Source: Lama glama
Lineage: Eukaryota
Direction: 5' to 3'
DNA length: 64,000 bases
NCBI GenBank assembly: GCA_028534125.1
Contig: CM052817.1
Span: forward strand, 82,090,001-82,154,000
Shown in pieces: positions 13,454-26,493 of the stretch (its first letter is position 1; every line of letters starts with the position of its first letter). The notes beneath the pieces were generated by a model. That model searched no databases. It saw only the letters and a list, made by a program, of their open reading frames with translations, and was not told where the DNA came from. The translations under genes were made by a program, and so were the position numbers.

Positions 13454-15264
13454 AAAAGAAAGTACCACAGCATTTATGTAAATATATGTATGTATACAAA
13501 CATGTATGTTTTATTAAGATGTTGTGTTATTGGTATTTTAGTGTATTTATAATTGAGTATTCTTAATTTTTTAAAAGAATTAAATCTTATAAAATCCTTC
13601 AAAAATATGTCAGTTATCTTTTTTAGGTTTTGCCGAATGTACTTTCTTATTGCTGAAGTAGTATATATTTGATCCTCAATAACAGAAAAAAGAAAGAAAA
13701 TATTCCATTTTCATGCCTTTGGAGGACCATCACTGTTAGGGCACAAAAATAAGAAAGCAATGTCTTTGCCTCTGCTGTGTGTGTGTGTCTATGCATGTGT
13801 GTATCTAACCATTTTCTCCTTGATTTTACTTTATCAGTTTCCTCTATTAACTAAATAACACTGATTCATGTTTCCTTACATACACCGCTACTTTATAATC
13901 TTATTCTGTTCTACTGATATGTAATTTATAATGTCTCTCCTAAGCATTGAGTTTTTTAAACTATTTTTTAAACAGATTGTTAAGCCTATATATGCGCGCG
14001 CGTGTGTGTGTAAGTGTGTATATCTATTTAAACTGGTTCTAACCTTTTTTTAATTGTAGGGTTTTTGGGGGGCAAATAATTCTCCATTCTTATTTTTCTA
14101 CATTAGCAATAGGTTTCACATAAAAAGACAACCCTCTGTAAACTTTGTGACTCAATCTGTGTTCTAAACTGAGTGTTACTTGTTTTATTATGTGTGACAT
14201 GATCAGAGGCAAAATAATTTGTGGCACCTCAGTCATGTGCAATAACCATTTCACATCAAAAAGCAAATAACCAATCTGACTTTTACTATTACACGGTTCA
14301 TAAGAAATGTGGTTACTAGACCTGAAGCAGCAAGCAAGCATGAAATGCAATATTGTTTAATGCTGGATGTAAAAATTATTTGCAAGAAAAAAAAAGAAAA
14401 AAATCTTAAAAGGAAAGGGGGTGGGAAGTTGGTACAAAGAGAAACCCTAGGGTAATAAAATCTCTGAGAAATTACACTGCTGTGGGCCCAGGTCCTGCTG
14501 GTGACTGCCTGAGATCTTGGTATATGGAATTAAGCAGACAGTAATTAATAAACTAGAGATGGTTACTCTGCTGGTCATCCAGTTTTCTTCAAAACAGAGT
14601 GGGGAAGCTTTGATGTGAGAGAATCTCTTTCATTAGGAGGGAGTCTTGAGAATATACAAACATTGTACTTTGATCAAGTTTCTCCAAGGACTATAAATAT
14701 CTTCTGACTTGAAAGTTAAAGAGATTTGAAATTGTATAAAATATTTGAAAAGGGTAAGATTTAATATTGCCTAACCCACTGAAGGAATACACAAGAAAAA
14801 GAATTAGAATCAGAGAATGTTTAATGAAGAGAGCCTCTGAAGCTTCATAAAGAAACAGGAAAAATAAAGTGGGCCAAAGTGTTTCCTTTCCCTCTAATGG
14901 TTTTGAAGTGCTTTAATAATTAAAACATTTTTTTTCTTCCCAGGAGGATTGGGTAAAAAAGGTAGAAAGACATCTATGAAGTGAAAAGAAACATATTCAA
15001 ATAATTGGCTGCATGATTCTTTTTTTTTAATGGCAGTTCCACAATTACAAACGGGGTTAAGAGTTGCTTCTAAGGTGAAAGCTGCCAATTCTAAAATTAT
15101 TTTTGATGACTATAATCAATTCATGACAGACAAATAAGCTAGATGAGTATGTGTAAGTATGAAGCTACTTCCAAAACTGTAATACTTTCAATAAATAAGG
15201 CATGGACGTTTCTTTGTGTAAGAACTAAGCTTAAATTGCAGTTTCCTATTAAACTGCGTAACAT

Positions 15265-15780
15265 ATTTAATTCAATGAATATTTATTGCACAAAGTCTAA
15301 TATCAAGATGTAGTTATTATTGGTTGTCTGATAGAGCTCTAGGAGTTAATATTTGTAGTAACAATTATAAAATAATTACAATAAAAAACAAATGTTAATT
15401 GTCAGGAAATACAATTAATTCATGTAGGATTACAGATCAGGAAACAGAGCATGTATAAAACATTTTTAAAACTTTAGGAAGGGTGGTGCATTCGGGCAGC
15501 AATTTGAGGACTAAGAACAACAGACAGTGTTGTTCTGAGTGGGGTGGGGGTGACTGAACAACCCTGAGGGAAGGGAGATCAGGTGTGTCTGTATCGGGTC
15601 CAGATTGACAGGAGGTTGGGTTTCTTGTCAACATATGGGAAAAAGTAAATGTTGAAGAAGTAAACATAATGCAAGGTGAAGAGTGCCAGGCTGGACACTG
15701 TACTAATTTTTTAGGCAAAAGAAAACCACTGAAAGCTTAAGCAGAGGGATCAATGGTGAGTGGAAACTCTGAGATTATTT
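15265..15780 (-). mobile_element. LINE-2 3' fragment
   Basis: atttaattcaatgaatatttattg (reverse complement of the L2 tail) and taggcaaaagaaaaccactgaaagcttaagcagaggga. Confidence 0.55.
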
Positions 15781-15859
15781 TTTGACCCAACTTTTCCTAA
15801 CTAGTGGGCTTTCATCTCACCTAGAATTTCATGAATTTGTGTGTAGTGATGTGTGTGTG

Positions 15860-17210
15860 CAAGCTGTGTTGGGAAAACTGGACAGCCACATGTAAATCAA
15901 CAAAGTTAGAGAACTCCTTCACACTATATACAAAAATAAACTCAGATTGGCTTAAAGACTTAAATATAAGACAACACTATAAACCTCCTAGAAGAAAACA
16001 TGGGCAAAAGATTCTCAGACATAAATCTCAGCATCATTCTCCTCGGGCAGTCTACACAGGCAATAGAAATAAGAGCAAAAATAAACAGATAGGACCTAAT
16101 TAAACTTACAAACTTTTGCACAGCAAAGGAAACCATAAGCAAAACAAAACGACAAACTACAGAATGGGAAAAAATTTCTGCAAATGATGCAACTGACAAA
16201 GGCTTAATCCCCAGAATATATAAAAAGTTCATACAACTTAAGAACAAAAAAAACCCAATCCAAAAATGGGCTGAAGACGTAAACAAGCATTTTGCCAATG
16301 AAGACATACAAGTGACCAATAAGCACATAAAAAAAATGATCAATATTGCTAATTATCAGCAAAATGCAAATTAAAACTATAGTGAGGTATCACCTCACAC
16401 CAGTCAAAATGGCCACCATTAAAAAGTCTACAAACAATATGTGCTGGAGAGGGTGTGGAGAAAAGGGAACCCTCCTACACTGCTGTTGGGAATGCAGTTT
16501 GGTGCAGCCATTATGGAAAACAGTACAGAGATTCCTCAAACTAAAAATAGACTTACCATATGATCCATCAGTCCCACTCCTGGGCATATATTATGTTCCA
16601 GACAGAACTCTAATTCAAAAAAATATAGACACCCCAATGTTCATAGCAGCACTTTTTACAATAGCCAAGACATGGAAACAGCCTAAATGTCCACTGACAG
16701 GTAACTGGATAAAGAAGCTGTGGGATAGTTATACAATGGAATACTACTCAGTGTTAAAAAAGAGTAAGATAATGCCATTAGTAGCAACACGGATGGACCT
16801 GGAGATTGTTATTCTAAGTGAAGTAAGCCAGAAAGAGAAAAGAGATACTGTATTATATCACTCTTATGTGGAATCTAAAAAAAGAAGGAAAAGAAGACAC
16901 TAATGATCTTATCTACAAAACAGAAATAGACTCACAGATATAGTAAACAATCTCATGGTTACCAAGGGGAAAAAGGGATGAGAAGGGATAAATTGGGAGT
17001 TCAAGATTTGCAAATATTAACTAGTACATATATAATAGGTAAACAACAAGTTTCTTCTGTATAGCACAGGGAACTATATTCAATATCTTGTAATAACTTT
17101 TAATGAAGAAGCAAATGAAAACAAACATATCTATGTATATTCAAGACTGGGGCATTGTGCTATACACCAGACATTGGCACACTGTAACTGACTGTACTTC
17201 AAAAAAAAAG
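15860..17210 (+). mobile_element. Relatively young 5'-truncated LINE-1 (ORF2 C-terminus plus 3' UTR), non-functional
   Basis: Translated pieces [32 protein letters not shown] and [43 protein letters not shown] (CX3CX7HX4C zinc knuckle)..[20 protein letters not shown] match L1 ORF2p. The reading frame is broken several times. 3' UTR and a short A tail follow. Confidence 0.97.
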
Positions 17211-17318
17211 ACTATGAAAATGAATATATGTATGTGTATGTATGACTGAAACATGATGCTCTACACCAGAAATTGACACATTATAAGCTGACTATACTTT
17301 AATAAATAAATAAATAAA
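17211..17318 (+). mobile_element. Second, tandem LINE-1 extreme 3' end (about 108 bp) with a (TAAA)n tail
   Basis: gctctacaccagaaattgacacattataagctgactatactttaataaa parallels gctatacaccagacattggcacactgtaactgactgtacttcaaaa at about 17158-17205. Confidence 0.85.
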
Positions 17319-18569
17319 CCTACATTTGTATTATGTTTAGTATTTTATAATATTATATCAGAGAAAACATAGCTGTTTTTACTAAAACTGAAATAATTAA
17401 CTAATTTTGTTTGCCAAAGTTGTACCTAAATTATGTGAATGTGAATTCCTGAAGTCTTCAGTTAGATTCTAGAATATATTTTTTAGCACACTGAAAATAG
17501 AAGTCCAATTTTCATATTTTCTGTTTTTTTAAGGAACTTATATAAGAGCTTCTTTGTCTTTAAGGCAATCAGAATAAATCTTTTGTAAGAGATTTCATAA
17601 TCTACCAGTGCCCAGGTACCCTAAAGACAATGCAGATCAAGTCACTGAACAACAACAAAAAGAAACAGGCCAAATGTAGACTGTTCTGCCTGGTGTCTTT
17701 GAGCACCTGCGCTTGCTTCATTTTGAGAAGACTGCTGTACTTCAAGTGCCCCTCCACTGACAGGTCTGTCCACATCCCCCCACCCTATTCCTCCCACGTT
17801 TATTCTGGACACGACCATTTGTCTATGTGCAGAAAGGAACTCTCAGAATTTGGACGGTGTTATTAACAACACCCATAAAGTAATACAACAGTTGTATAAT
17901 CTTCAATCTACTGTAGACCTTGCATTTCTGATTCAGAGAGGAACCAGCTGGAGAAAGAGACAGGTTTTCCCTGTGCATTGTTACATAGGCTTATACTCTT
18001 GGTACAAGCATATGCACTGCTTTTCACGTAGCACAATGTAGCTAATCAATTGGAATTAACTCAAATTATTTTATTCACTTTTATCAGCCTTGCTGTTAGT
18101 CTGATTATTTTCTAAATTATGAAATTTGATTGATTGTTGGTCCTAATTGTGTGTGTGGGTGGGTGTGTGTGTGCAGGCACATGCGTGTTTATTCTGTCTT
18201 GGTTGTTATGTTGGTAGGAATTTAGAAATGAGAGCCAGTGGATGCTGGCCAGATGCCATTTTAAACTTGAATTTCCAGGCACTGGGTTTTAAAGCCCAGA
18301 GTCTCTACTGCCAAATTGTTTTTCCAAATTTTCCTCAACCGTAAACTATTTTAAAAGGACTCTTTTTGTCATTGTTTGTTTTGCTAATTTTATCTGTGAA
18401 ATGGTCATTTATTTTTAAGTTCTTCATACATGTATGTGAGTAGGCTAGTGGGATTAGACACTAACAATACTGAAATCATTAGTATTTGTGCTTTTTATGT
18501 ATAAGGGATAGCAACTAATGATGTAAAATAACTCACTTTCTGAGTATTTCTTAGGGAGTATATGCTTGG

Positions 18570-19330
18570 ACACCTAGCTCACAGTTGTCTATAATGTATT
18601 ACATGAATCTCATACATGAAGTACAGGGAGAGATTAGAGGACGTAGAAATATACTTTGGGCTGTTAGGGAAAAGACATAATGTCAGAATGAGGCATTGGA
18701 GGAGTGATAGGAAAATAAAATGAGTTGTGAGGATCACCTCAAGGGGAAAAACTGGAGTTGGGATAGTGCAAGACACTCTTCCGTCTTTGGTTCGCTGGGT
18801 TTGTGTACCGGAGATACAGATGATGTTTGGAAATCTGAATAGTGTTTTGGGAGCAGATAATGCGTACTGGGGAAATAATGGGTGATAAAGCTGGAGATGA
18901 AGATACTGAGTGGGTTTTGAAAGATATTTAATGACATTTGTACTTTTTTGTAGACAATATGCCATATTAAGTGTTCAAGTGATATAACCAAAGATTTGAA
19001 AATTTAACTCTGCGGTGAGTGTAAAGGGTCAGTTACTTGGGACCAAGTGGGAATAAAGAAGGTATTGGAAAGGTGTTCCAGGACAAAGGTGTAAGTGTTA
19101 AAAAAAAAAAAAAAAAAAAGGAAAGAAAGCACCTAAATTAAGATAACTAGAATGGGAGGGAAAAGTAAATATAAGAGTCATTTTTAAGTAAAACAGCAAC
19201 AAGATATGGAAAATGACTAGATGTAGCAAAAATGTAAAAATGAGCTATTAATTATAATTCTAAGGCTTCAAATCTAGATGTCTGGAAATATGGTGATACT
19301 ACCAGCAAAATAAGTTTAAAAAAGGAAGTT
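18570..19330 (-). mobile_element. Degraded LINE-2 fragments with an internal A21 tract
   Basis: Purine-rich L2-like motifs such as aagatatggaaaatgactagatgtag..taattctaaggcttcaaatctagatgtctggaaatatggtgatac. Confidence 0.5.
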
Positions 19331-20264
19331 ATGTGAAAAACTGATTTGCATTTTATGAATAATCAACTCCTCTATTATTGTGATTGGAAAGAAATTAATT
19401 TAGCCAAATTAAGAAATTTTCAATGAAACTATCCAACTTTAATGAGCAAATGTGAACATTGTTTTAAATGTTTCCTTTACCTGTATTTGGAAAGAAACAT
19501 ATAGTGATGATGGTGTAACATTTAAAGTTGTCATTTGTTATTTTAGAATTCTGTCAATAATACTGAAAAAATTTTAAATAAAGTTGTTTCCTGTTAAATG
19601 ACTGAGTTGTGGGCATAAATATTTGTTCATGACTCCATTAAACAAATATATTTTAAAATTCTGTTCTGTTGGCACTCAAAATTATGTTAAGTGAAATGGA
19701 ATTTTATTCAAGATAGAAAGAATAATTTCTTATTCTCAGGTCCCAGAAAAGCTAGGAGCTATGTTTCATGTTAATTATTTCAGTGAGAAATGCAAAAATA
19801 AACAGGCCACCCTTTTTAACACTATGTTTTATTATAGTAAATAGAATTATCTGCAACATTTCCCAGTTTTTTTTCTTCTTTGACTTTTCCATCTGTTACT
19901 TTTTATGCTTCACACCTGCTGATAAGTCTGTGAAAACTAGAGAAACCAACTTTTTTTTTAGCAACAATGTATGTTTATACATTACTTTGTTCTGAAACTA
20001 ATAAAATTTTAAAATGCTATTTAAGATTTTGTGTGGCCTCCAATTTGTGGAAAAAACAAACCATCTCAGTATACTAAAATAAATTATTCATCTTAACTGA
20101 AATAAAGTAGTATTTTGGTATGTCTATTAACCTGTATATACTAATCAATTCACTGTATAATTTTTTGTTATTAGGAACATGGGCAAATATAGATTCACCT
20201 TTATAAATTACATTTACTTTTTAGTATAATAATATTGTGTTAAACTTTGTTGTCCAGTTGTGGA

Positions 20265-20630
20265 TAACTTTCTCTAAGTTCTGTGAGCTTCTAGCAAATT
20301 AATGGAACCCAAGGAGGGATTTGTGGCAACCTCTGATTTATGGCCAGTTAGTCAGAAGTACAGGTAACAACCTGGACTTGCAACTGGTATCTGACGTCCA
20401 AGGAGTGGGTGGTGGGACAGAGCAGAGGTGGCAACCTGAGCTTGCAACTGCCTCTGAAGTTGAGGGGAGGGTGCTCAGTCTTGCAGGACCTGAACTCAGC
20501 CTGTGGAATCTGATGCTATCTTCAGGTAGATAGTGTCAGGGTTGAGTTGAGTTTTAGGACAGCTGGTTGATGTCTGGAGAATTGGTGCGGAGAAAACACT
20601 TGTATATCCATGACAGAACTAGGTCCCAGG
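20265..20630 (+). mobile_element. MER21-family LTR, 3' portion (MER21B/C-like)
   Basis: ttctgtgagcttctagcaaattaatggaaccc..gtcagaagtacaggtaacaacctggacttgcaactgg..gtagatagtgtcagggttgagttgag. Confidence 0.8.
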
Positions 20631-20786
20631 AACTTTCGCTGACTAATATTGTAAGTGATTCCCTAGTGAGGAAAGATACAAAGGAATTGAGGCAAAAATG
20701 AGGAGTTCAATAATGAAACCATGGTGACTTGGTGTATCAGAGACATTCAAAGAAATTTAAGTATAGAGTGCAAGGAGCTGCATTAT

Positions 20787-20807
20787 TGTGTGTGTGTGTG
20801 TGTGTGT
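20787..20807. repeat. (TG)n microsatellite
   Basis: Seen directly. Confidence 0.95.
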
Positions 20808-20811
20808 TTAA

Positions 20812-20965
20812 AACACAGTTCTGGAGGCTAGGAGTTCAAAATCAAGTGCCAAGTGAGCTGTGCTCCGTCTGCAGGCTCTAGGGGCAAATCTGTTCCATGT
20901 CTTTCTTTCAGGTTCTCATGTCAGCAGCAATCCCTGGTGTCCCCTCTTGTTACAGATACAGTCTA
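20812..20965 (-). mobile_element. MaLR MLT1 (B/C/D-like) LTR fragment
   Basis: cacagttctggaggctaggagttcaaaatcaag..ggctctaggggcaaatctgttccatg..gcaatccctggtgt. Confidence 0.8.
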
Positions 20966-21009
20966 AGTGACTGCGTATACCTTGATAGTGAGTTCAGGCA
21001 TTATCATGG

Positions 21010-21374
21010 GCTACGGTCGGTCTGAATGTCTGTGCCCCGCCCCTGAAATTCGTACATTGAAATCCTAATGCCCCACGTGATGATACTGAGGTGCGCCTTT
21101 GAGAGGTGCTTGAGTCATGAGCACAGAGACCTCATGGATGGGACTAGTGCCTTTTTAAGGAGAGGCTAGACAGCATGCTTGCTCCTCCTACCATGTGACG
21201 ACGTGGGTGAGAAGGCACAGGCTACGCACCAGAAGAGGGCTTTTATCAGAGAACACAGCCACGCTGGCACCTTCATCTTGGACTTCCCAGGCTCCAAATC
21301 TGTGAGGAAAGTTTCTGTTGCCTAGCCACCCAGTCTGAGATATTTTGTTACAGTAGCATGAATGGACTAAAACA
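21010..21374 (+). mobile_element. MaLR MLT1A0-like solo LTR
   Basis: ggtctgaatgtctgtgcccc..aattc..ttgaaatcctaa..gctggcaccttcatcttggacttcccag..tattttgttacagtagcatgaatggactaaaaca. Confidence 0.9.
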
Positions 21375-21509
21375 TCATGAAAGCAATAGAGCCAGCTGAG
21401 TTTTAAATGGGGCACGAGGCAGTAGAGGGTGGGGGGTGTTGTCAAATCGATTTCTTTCTCTCTTTTTCATATTTCTCCCCTCCCTCATCCTTCCCTCCAC
21501 TCCTACGTT

Positions 21510-22560
21510 CTTTTAAAGACATCTCTGAGGTAGAATTATCAAGACTTTGTGACTGACTAGAAATGTAGGAGGAAAAAAGGCCAAACATTAGTACACATTT
21601 CCTAGTGTAGGACAACCAACACCATAACACCATAAACTGAAGTAAGATACTGAAAAGCTACGACTTTTTTTTTTTTTTTTGGAAGGGGAAGGAGCTAGTC
21701 GAGGGGAGGATATTTGATTTGTGATAACCGTGACACATTTCGGAAGAGACTGTCGGATGCAATAAAGCTCAGAAGAGAATCTGACATTAAAATATGAGAT
21801 TATATATGAAGAGTGTATAGAAAAGGCCTCAAATTTTTGGAGGTTCATAGGCCTTTTGATATACTGATCAAATGTATGGACCTTCTGCCACAAAAAATAA
21901 ACACCATAATCAGTGTTTATAGTCTCTATAATATCATTTAACATGGAACTCAAGTTAAAAAAAACACAACTGAAACATGGAGAAAAATAATAGGAAAATA
22001 CATATGAATAGTTTCTAAGAAGCCAAGAAAATAGAAGAAAAATATAGGATTGCCAACACCACCAAATGCTACAGAAAGGCCACATAGGAAGATAGCTAAA
22101 ATAGATTAGGTAAGTGTCTTACGAACAGTCTTTCATTTTTCTTTCTTCCTTTTTTTTGCTCAATCTACCATATTGCTTCTCAAATAATATTCTACAAGCC
22201 TCTGAATATTGGCATGGGGGCTACAGTGTGGTGAGTGATGACTTGGGATTGAGAATCTGTAAGAGCAGAATGCTTTTTTAGGAGTATCTCTGGTGACAGA
22301 AAAAAAGACAAATGGATTAAGGAATATAATTTAGTGGCAGCGTAGTGATTAATAACTGAGAGAGGAAAGATATCCATGGAGCAAGGTCTTGGAGGACTTT
22401 GGAGAGGATGGGCTCAAGCTCACAAGCAGAGGGGAGATCTTGCAGAAAAGTTAAAGACAGATGCTGGCACAAGGGGTAGGAAGCTCACAGGAGACAGGAA
22501 AGTCCTGGTGAGCACATTGGATGGACTCAGTTTCCTCTGTAAATACAGAAGAGGCTCATC
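21510..22560 (-). mobile_element. Degraded LINE-2 fragments
   Basis: gacatctctgaggtagaattatcaagactttgtgactgactaga and gatggactcagtttcctctgtaaatacagaag are L2-like; the match is patchy. Confidence 0.35.
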
Positions 22561-22806
22561 GTTGTGGTTTTGTACACAGAAGATCAAATCCAATATAATT
22601 TTTCTACAGCATTTCCTTCCCAATATAAACTGACTTGCTCTTAACATCATGAGGGTCAATTGTAAGAAGAGATAATAACACCATGTGTACTTCCAAACCC
22701 TCAAATCCCTTCAGTGTCACAAAAGATACGTTTCAGATTTATTCTGGCAGTTTATGCCATAAGGGAACTTAGTAGGCGATGGAATGGTAAGTCCTTTAGT
22801 TTCCCT

Positions 22807-23164
22807 TGTCTTAGTTTGGGCTTCTGTAATGAAGTACCATTGACTGGGCGGTTTATCAACAACAGAAATTTATTTCTCACCGCTCTGGAGGCTGTAAGCC
22901 CAAGACGCAGCTGCCAGTGTGGGCTGGGTCTGCTAAGAACCCTCTTCCAGGTCCAGGCTGCTGCCTTCTTACTGCATCCTCACACAGCAGAGAGAGAGTG
23001 AGCTCGCTCTCTGGCCACTTCTTACAAGCACGTGAATCCTGTTCATGAGAGCTCCACCTCAGGACCTAAAACCCCTCAAAGTCCCCACCTCCAAATACCG
23101 TCACACTGAACATTATATTTCATCGTATGCATTTTAGGAAGACACAAACATTCAGTCCTTAACC
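22807..23164 (-). mobile_element. MaLR MLT1A-like solo LTR
   Basis: tgtcttagtttgggct..aacaacagaaatttatttctcac..ctggaggctg..ccccacctccaaataccgtcacact..gacacaaacattcagtcc. Confidence 0.9.
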
Positions 23165-23232
23165 CCTTGTCGTAAGCAATTGTTCTGAGAGAAAACCAAA
23201 GATCCTATTAGTCGTATCAGGTCTATGTACAG

Positions 23233-23783
23233 TATCAAAGATAAAACCCGACACTAGCTAAAGAGATAAGGGCAGATTTTAACCAGCAATATGCTACTGC
23301 CAGAGGGAAAGAGTCTCGTTTGAGCTGAGCTCAACTTCAATTTGTACAGAGGTGACTCGGAGTTTTAAAAGGAGAATGGGACAATAGGGAGGAGGGTGAA
23401 TGGGGACTCAGTAGAGTCGGAGAAGCAAAATTTACCCAAAAATGGGAAGGCGAGAGTCGGTCCACATGAAACTTGCCTGGGTTTGTTTTGTTAGCTGGCT
23501 GTTATCACAGTTAGGCTCCTCCCCTCACACAGAGTCTGGGAGACAGCGGCTCTTGTCTTTAGGTGCTGGCTGGAACAAATAGTAAATTCTTCTGGCAGCC
23601 TTGAGTATTCTCAGATAGGCACTTTAAGGGGAAGGAGGTGGGGTAGGGTAGCCTAGGGTTATCCTAGAGATGTGGCCTTCAGTTGTTGGAAATGATGCTA
23701 CTATTTTATTCAAGTCTTTACAGGCCAAGAAAGGGCTGAGAGAAACCTGCTGAGAGTTGGGGCAGAGAGAAAATCTTTATTAG
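23233..23783 (-). mobile_element. ERV1 solo LTR, MER67-like
   Basis: The reverse complement contains ggccacatctctaggataacccta..cttaaagtgcctatctgagaatactcaaggctgccagaagaatttactatttgttccagccagcacct..aggagcctaac, typical of MER67. Confidence 0.8.
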
Positions 23784-24149
23784 TGACTACTCCTGATTGC
23801 ATCCGGGAAAAACAACTGCTACCAGTATCTACGTTTTTCTTTCAATGCCAATAGCAGGACCTCCATACTGAGCCAGAATATTCAGTGCTCCTGTTTCGTT
23901 CAAATATTCCATAGTATCTCTTTTCTCATCTTTATAGTCTTAGAATTAAATCTTCAGCATCGGATTGGACCCCATCTTTTTACTTTACACGCTTCTTGTA
24001 TTAATTTTTTTTGGCAATTTCTGGAAGCTCTTCATCCATTTTAATAAGATAAAAGATATGGCAGGTTTGCATGTGTAACAAAATAATTGGAGATGACCAC
24101 GAATGGGAAGAGGAAAATCACAAGGTAACAAAAATCACAAGAGAATGGG

Positions 24150-24310
24150 AGGTAACTAGTATCCGTCGAGTATCAACAATGTGCTAGGTGCTGTGTGAGC
24201 TGCTTTATAAAATGTTTCCTTTGTTTCTAATAAAAGCTTAATATTACAAAGAAAGTAACACTCAGAAAGATAATTAATCTGTCAGAAATTACACAATTCA
24301 TAAACAGCAA
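24150..24310 (-). mobile_element. MIR fragment
   Basis: gagtatcaacaatgtgctaggtgctgtgtgagctgctttata and a degraded core. Confidence 0.5.
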
Positions 24311-26206
24311 ATGTTTACTTTTAAATCTGCATTAAAGAAAAAAAAATAGAATGCAACTGGTACTGTCTCCCAAGTGGCATTCTAAAGCCTGCCTTAGTTT
24401 CCAGGTTCTGCAACGGACAGAAATGTATTATATTTGCCTGAAGTACTGAGAGAGGCACTGTGTTATAGTGATATGCTTGGGCTTCTTCTTTATGATCAAG
24501 TTCAGATCCCTCACCTGAAAAGGGAAGGACATGTAGTCATAGGACAAACTCTCCCCATAATCTTTTTTCAATAGCAAATGTACAGAGATACTTACCGGGT
24601 ATGTTCTATTAGCTAACAAATCTCTAAACATTTAATTTTGATTTAATCATGTACTTTTGCTGTATGTTCTTTCCACCATCATGACATTAAGATTAAAAAC
24701 AAAATGACAAATATAGCAGAATTTATATACCTACGACCGACTTCTTCCACATTCTGTACTTAAAATAGGCTACCACTTCCAAACTCCCAGGTTTTCAGCT
24801 TGTTAAAAGTTAAATTGCTCATATGATTCTCATCTGTATAGGAAAAATTTAAAACTATTCCCTTTTATTATCCTTGGGAATAAGCCTAAGTAGTTCTTAG
24901 ACTGAATAATAACTGTAGAACTGTTTGTTTTGGAATTCAGCTTAAATCAACAAATATTTATTGAAAATCTATATTTGGAAAGCAGTGTGATTACCACTTA
25001 GAAGGTGGTGGTTCATTCTGAAATTTCATTTGAGGTTCTCTGATTTCTAGTTCTATTGTCCATTTCAAAGCTTAGGTAGGGGCAGCTTGATATACAAAGT
25101 GACAATCAGCTTTTATCCCTGCCAAGGTTTTAAGGGGAAAAAAGATCTCTCGTAGCATTTGGGAATTACACAGCAACATCTGTATGCTGGTATACCAAGT
25201 ATGCAGTGAGTCTTGTTACATTGTTTTCTAAGCTAAGCACCCACTCAACAGTGACTGCCACAGATGGGAAGGATACATTGGCATCCACCCCTCCTAGTGT
25301 TTGGGTTTCTTCTTTGACTACTTATGTATTTTCCATGTAGCTCAGCTGCCAAATCTCACACCTAAAGGGTCAACCCTTCACTATATGTAGTTTAAGTAAA
25401 ATTCCACAACTACTTCCAAACTGATGCCTATACCAAGGGATTTCCAGCCATTTGGAAAAAAAAAGCTAGGGGGTAGACATATCATTTGGTGCTGTCTCGC
25501 TTACAAATTGCTCATACAGACTTGGGGAGACTTCCTCTACTCGCTAATGACCAGGGCAGATCTTCTCAACTGGTTGTCACAAGCTTTTCATTCATTATAT
25601 GATCCATGTTAATAACTGCCATATTTGTGAAAAAGGAACACAAGCCTCCAAAACTAGAATTTCTCCCCCAGCATTGCTGAGTTTTTCTATAGGGACAATT
25701 TCCTGCTGTCACAGTGAATTGTCAGAAAAAAAATGATCTCAAGTTAAAATAGTTTTCATAGTCAATGCAAATGCACAGAGCCACCTGGCACTGACTTTGC
25801 CTCACTCCCTTGAAAGAAATAACAGGGGAGATGTAAATCCAGCACCAATGTAATGCTAAGCAACACGAGCTAAAAAGGAAAAGACATACTTTCCACTTTA
25901 TTCTTGTTATGCTTTTAGAGCGCTTGTGAAAAGACGTAGGTCAGGCAGCCTAGTCTTGGGTTTCAATACACACTTCAGCAAATTTAATGATTTGTGTGTG
26001 GCAGTGACCCATTTTACTTGTAAATGTTTTTGTTTACCCAAAAAATTATGTATCTTGCTCCATCAAACAGAGAACCTTATGGGAGACCTATTTACAAGAA
26101 ATTATGAATAATAATTAGAAACTCCACTCACATTATCTTCAGAGCCTTTTTAGGGGTTGATAAATTTCTAGACCAAACCCCTGAGATATATTCAAGCTAT
26201 TGGATT

Positions 26207-26493
26207 TTTTTTTTTTGCAAATGCATATATATATATATATTTAATTGAAGTATAGTCAATTTACAATGCTGTGTTAATTTCTAGTGTACAGCATAGTGAT
26301 TCATTTACACATACATATATGTATTCCTTTTCATATTCTTTTTCATTATAGGCCATTACAAGGTACTGAATATAGTTCCCTGTGTTATACAGTAGGACCT
26401 TGCTGTTTATCTATTTTATGTATAGTAATTACTATCTGCAAATCTCAAACTTCCAGTTTATCCCTCTCCAAGCTTTGGGGTTGAATATATCCC
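26207..26493 (-). mobile_element. 5'-truncated LINE-1 3' end with a 15-bp TSD
   Basis: Poly(T)/(TA)n then ttaattgaagtatagtcaatttacaat..gaatatagttccctgtgttatacagtaggaccttg. TSD tcaagctattggatt at 26192-26206 and 26494-26508. Confidence 0.93.

Noticed and set aside
16346..16903. 185-aa ORF as a host gene
   Set aside because: It is the C-terminal fragment of L1 ORF2p in a truncated, frameshifted element; the antisense ORFs at 15960-16587 are by-products.
21588..22085. 165-aa minus-strand ORF
   Set aside because: Low-complexity hydrophobic translation of T-rich, repeat-derived DNA running through a homopolymer; no recognisable domain.
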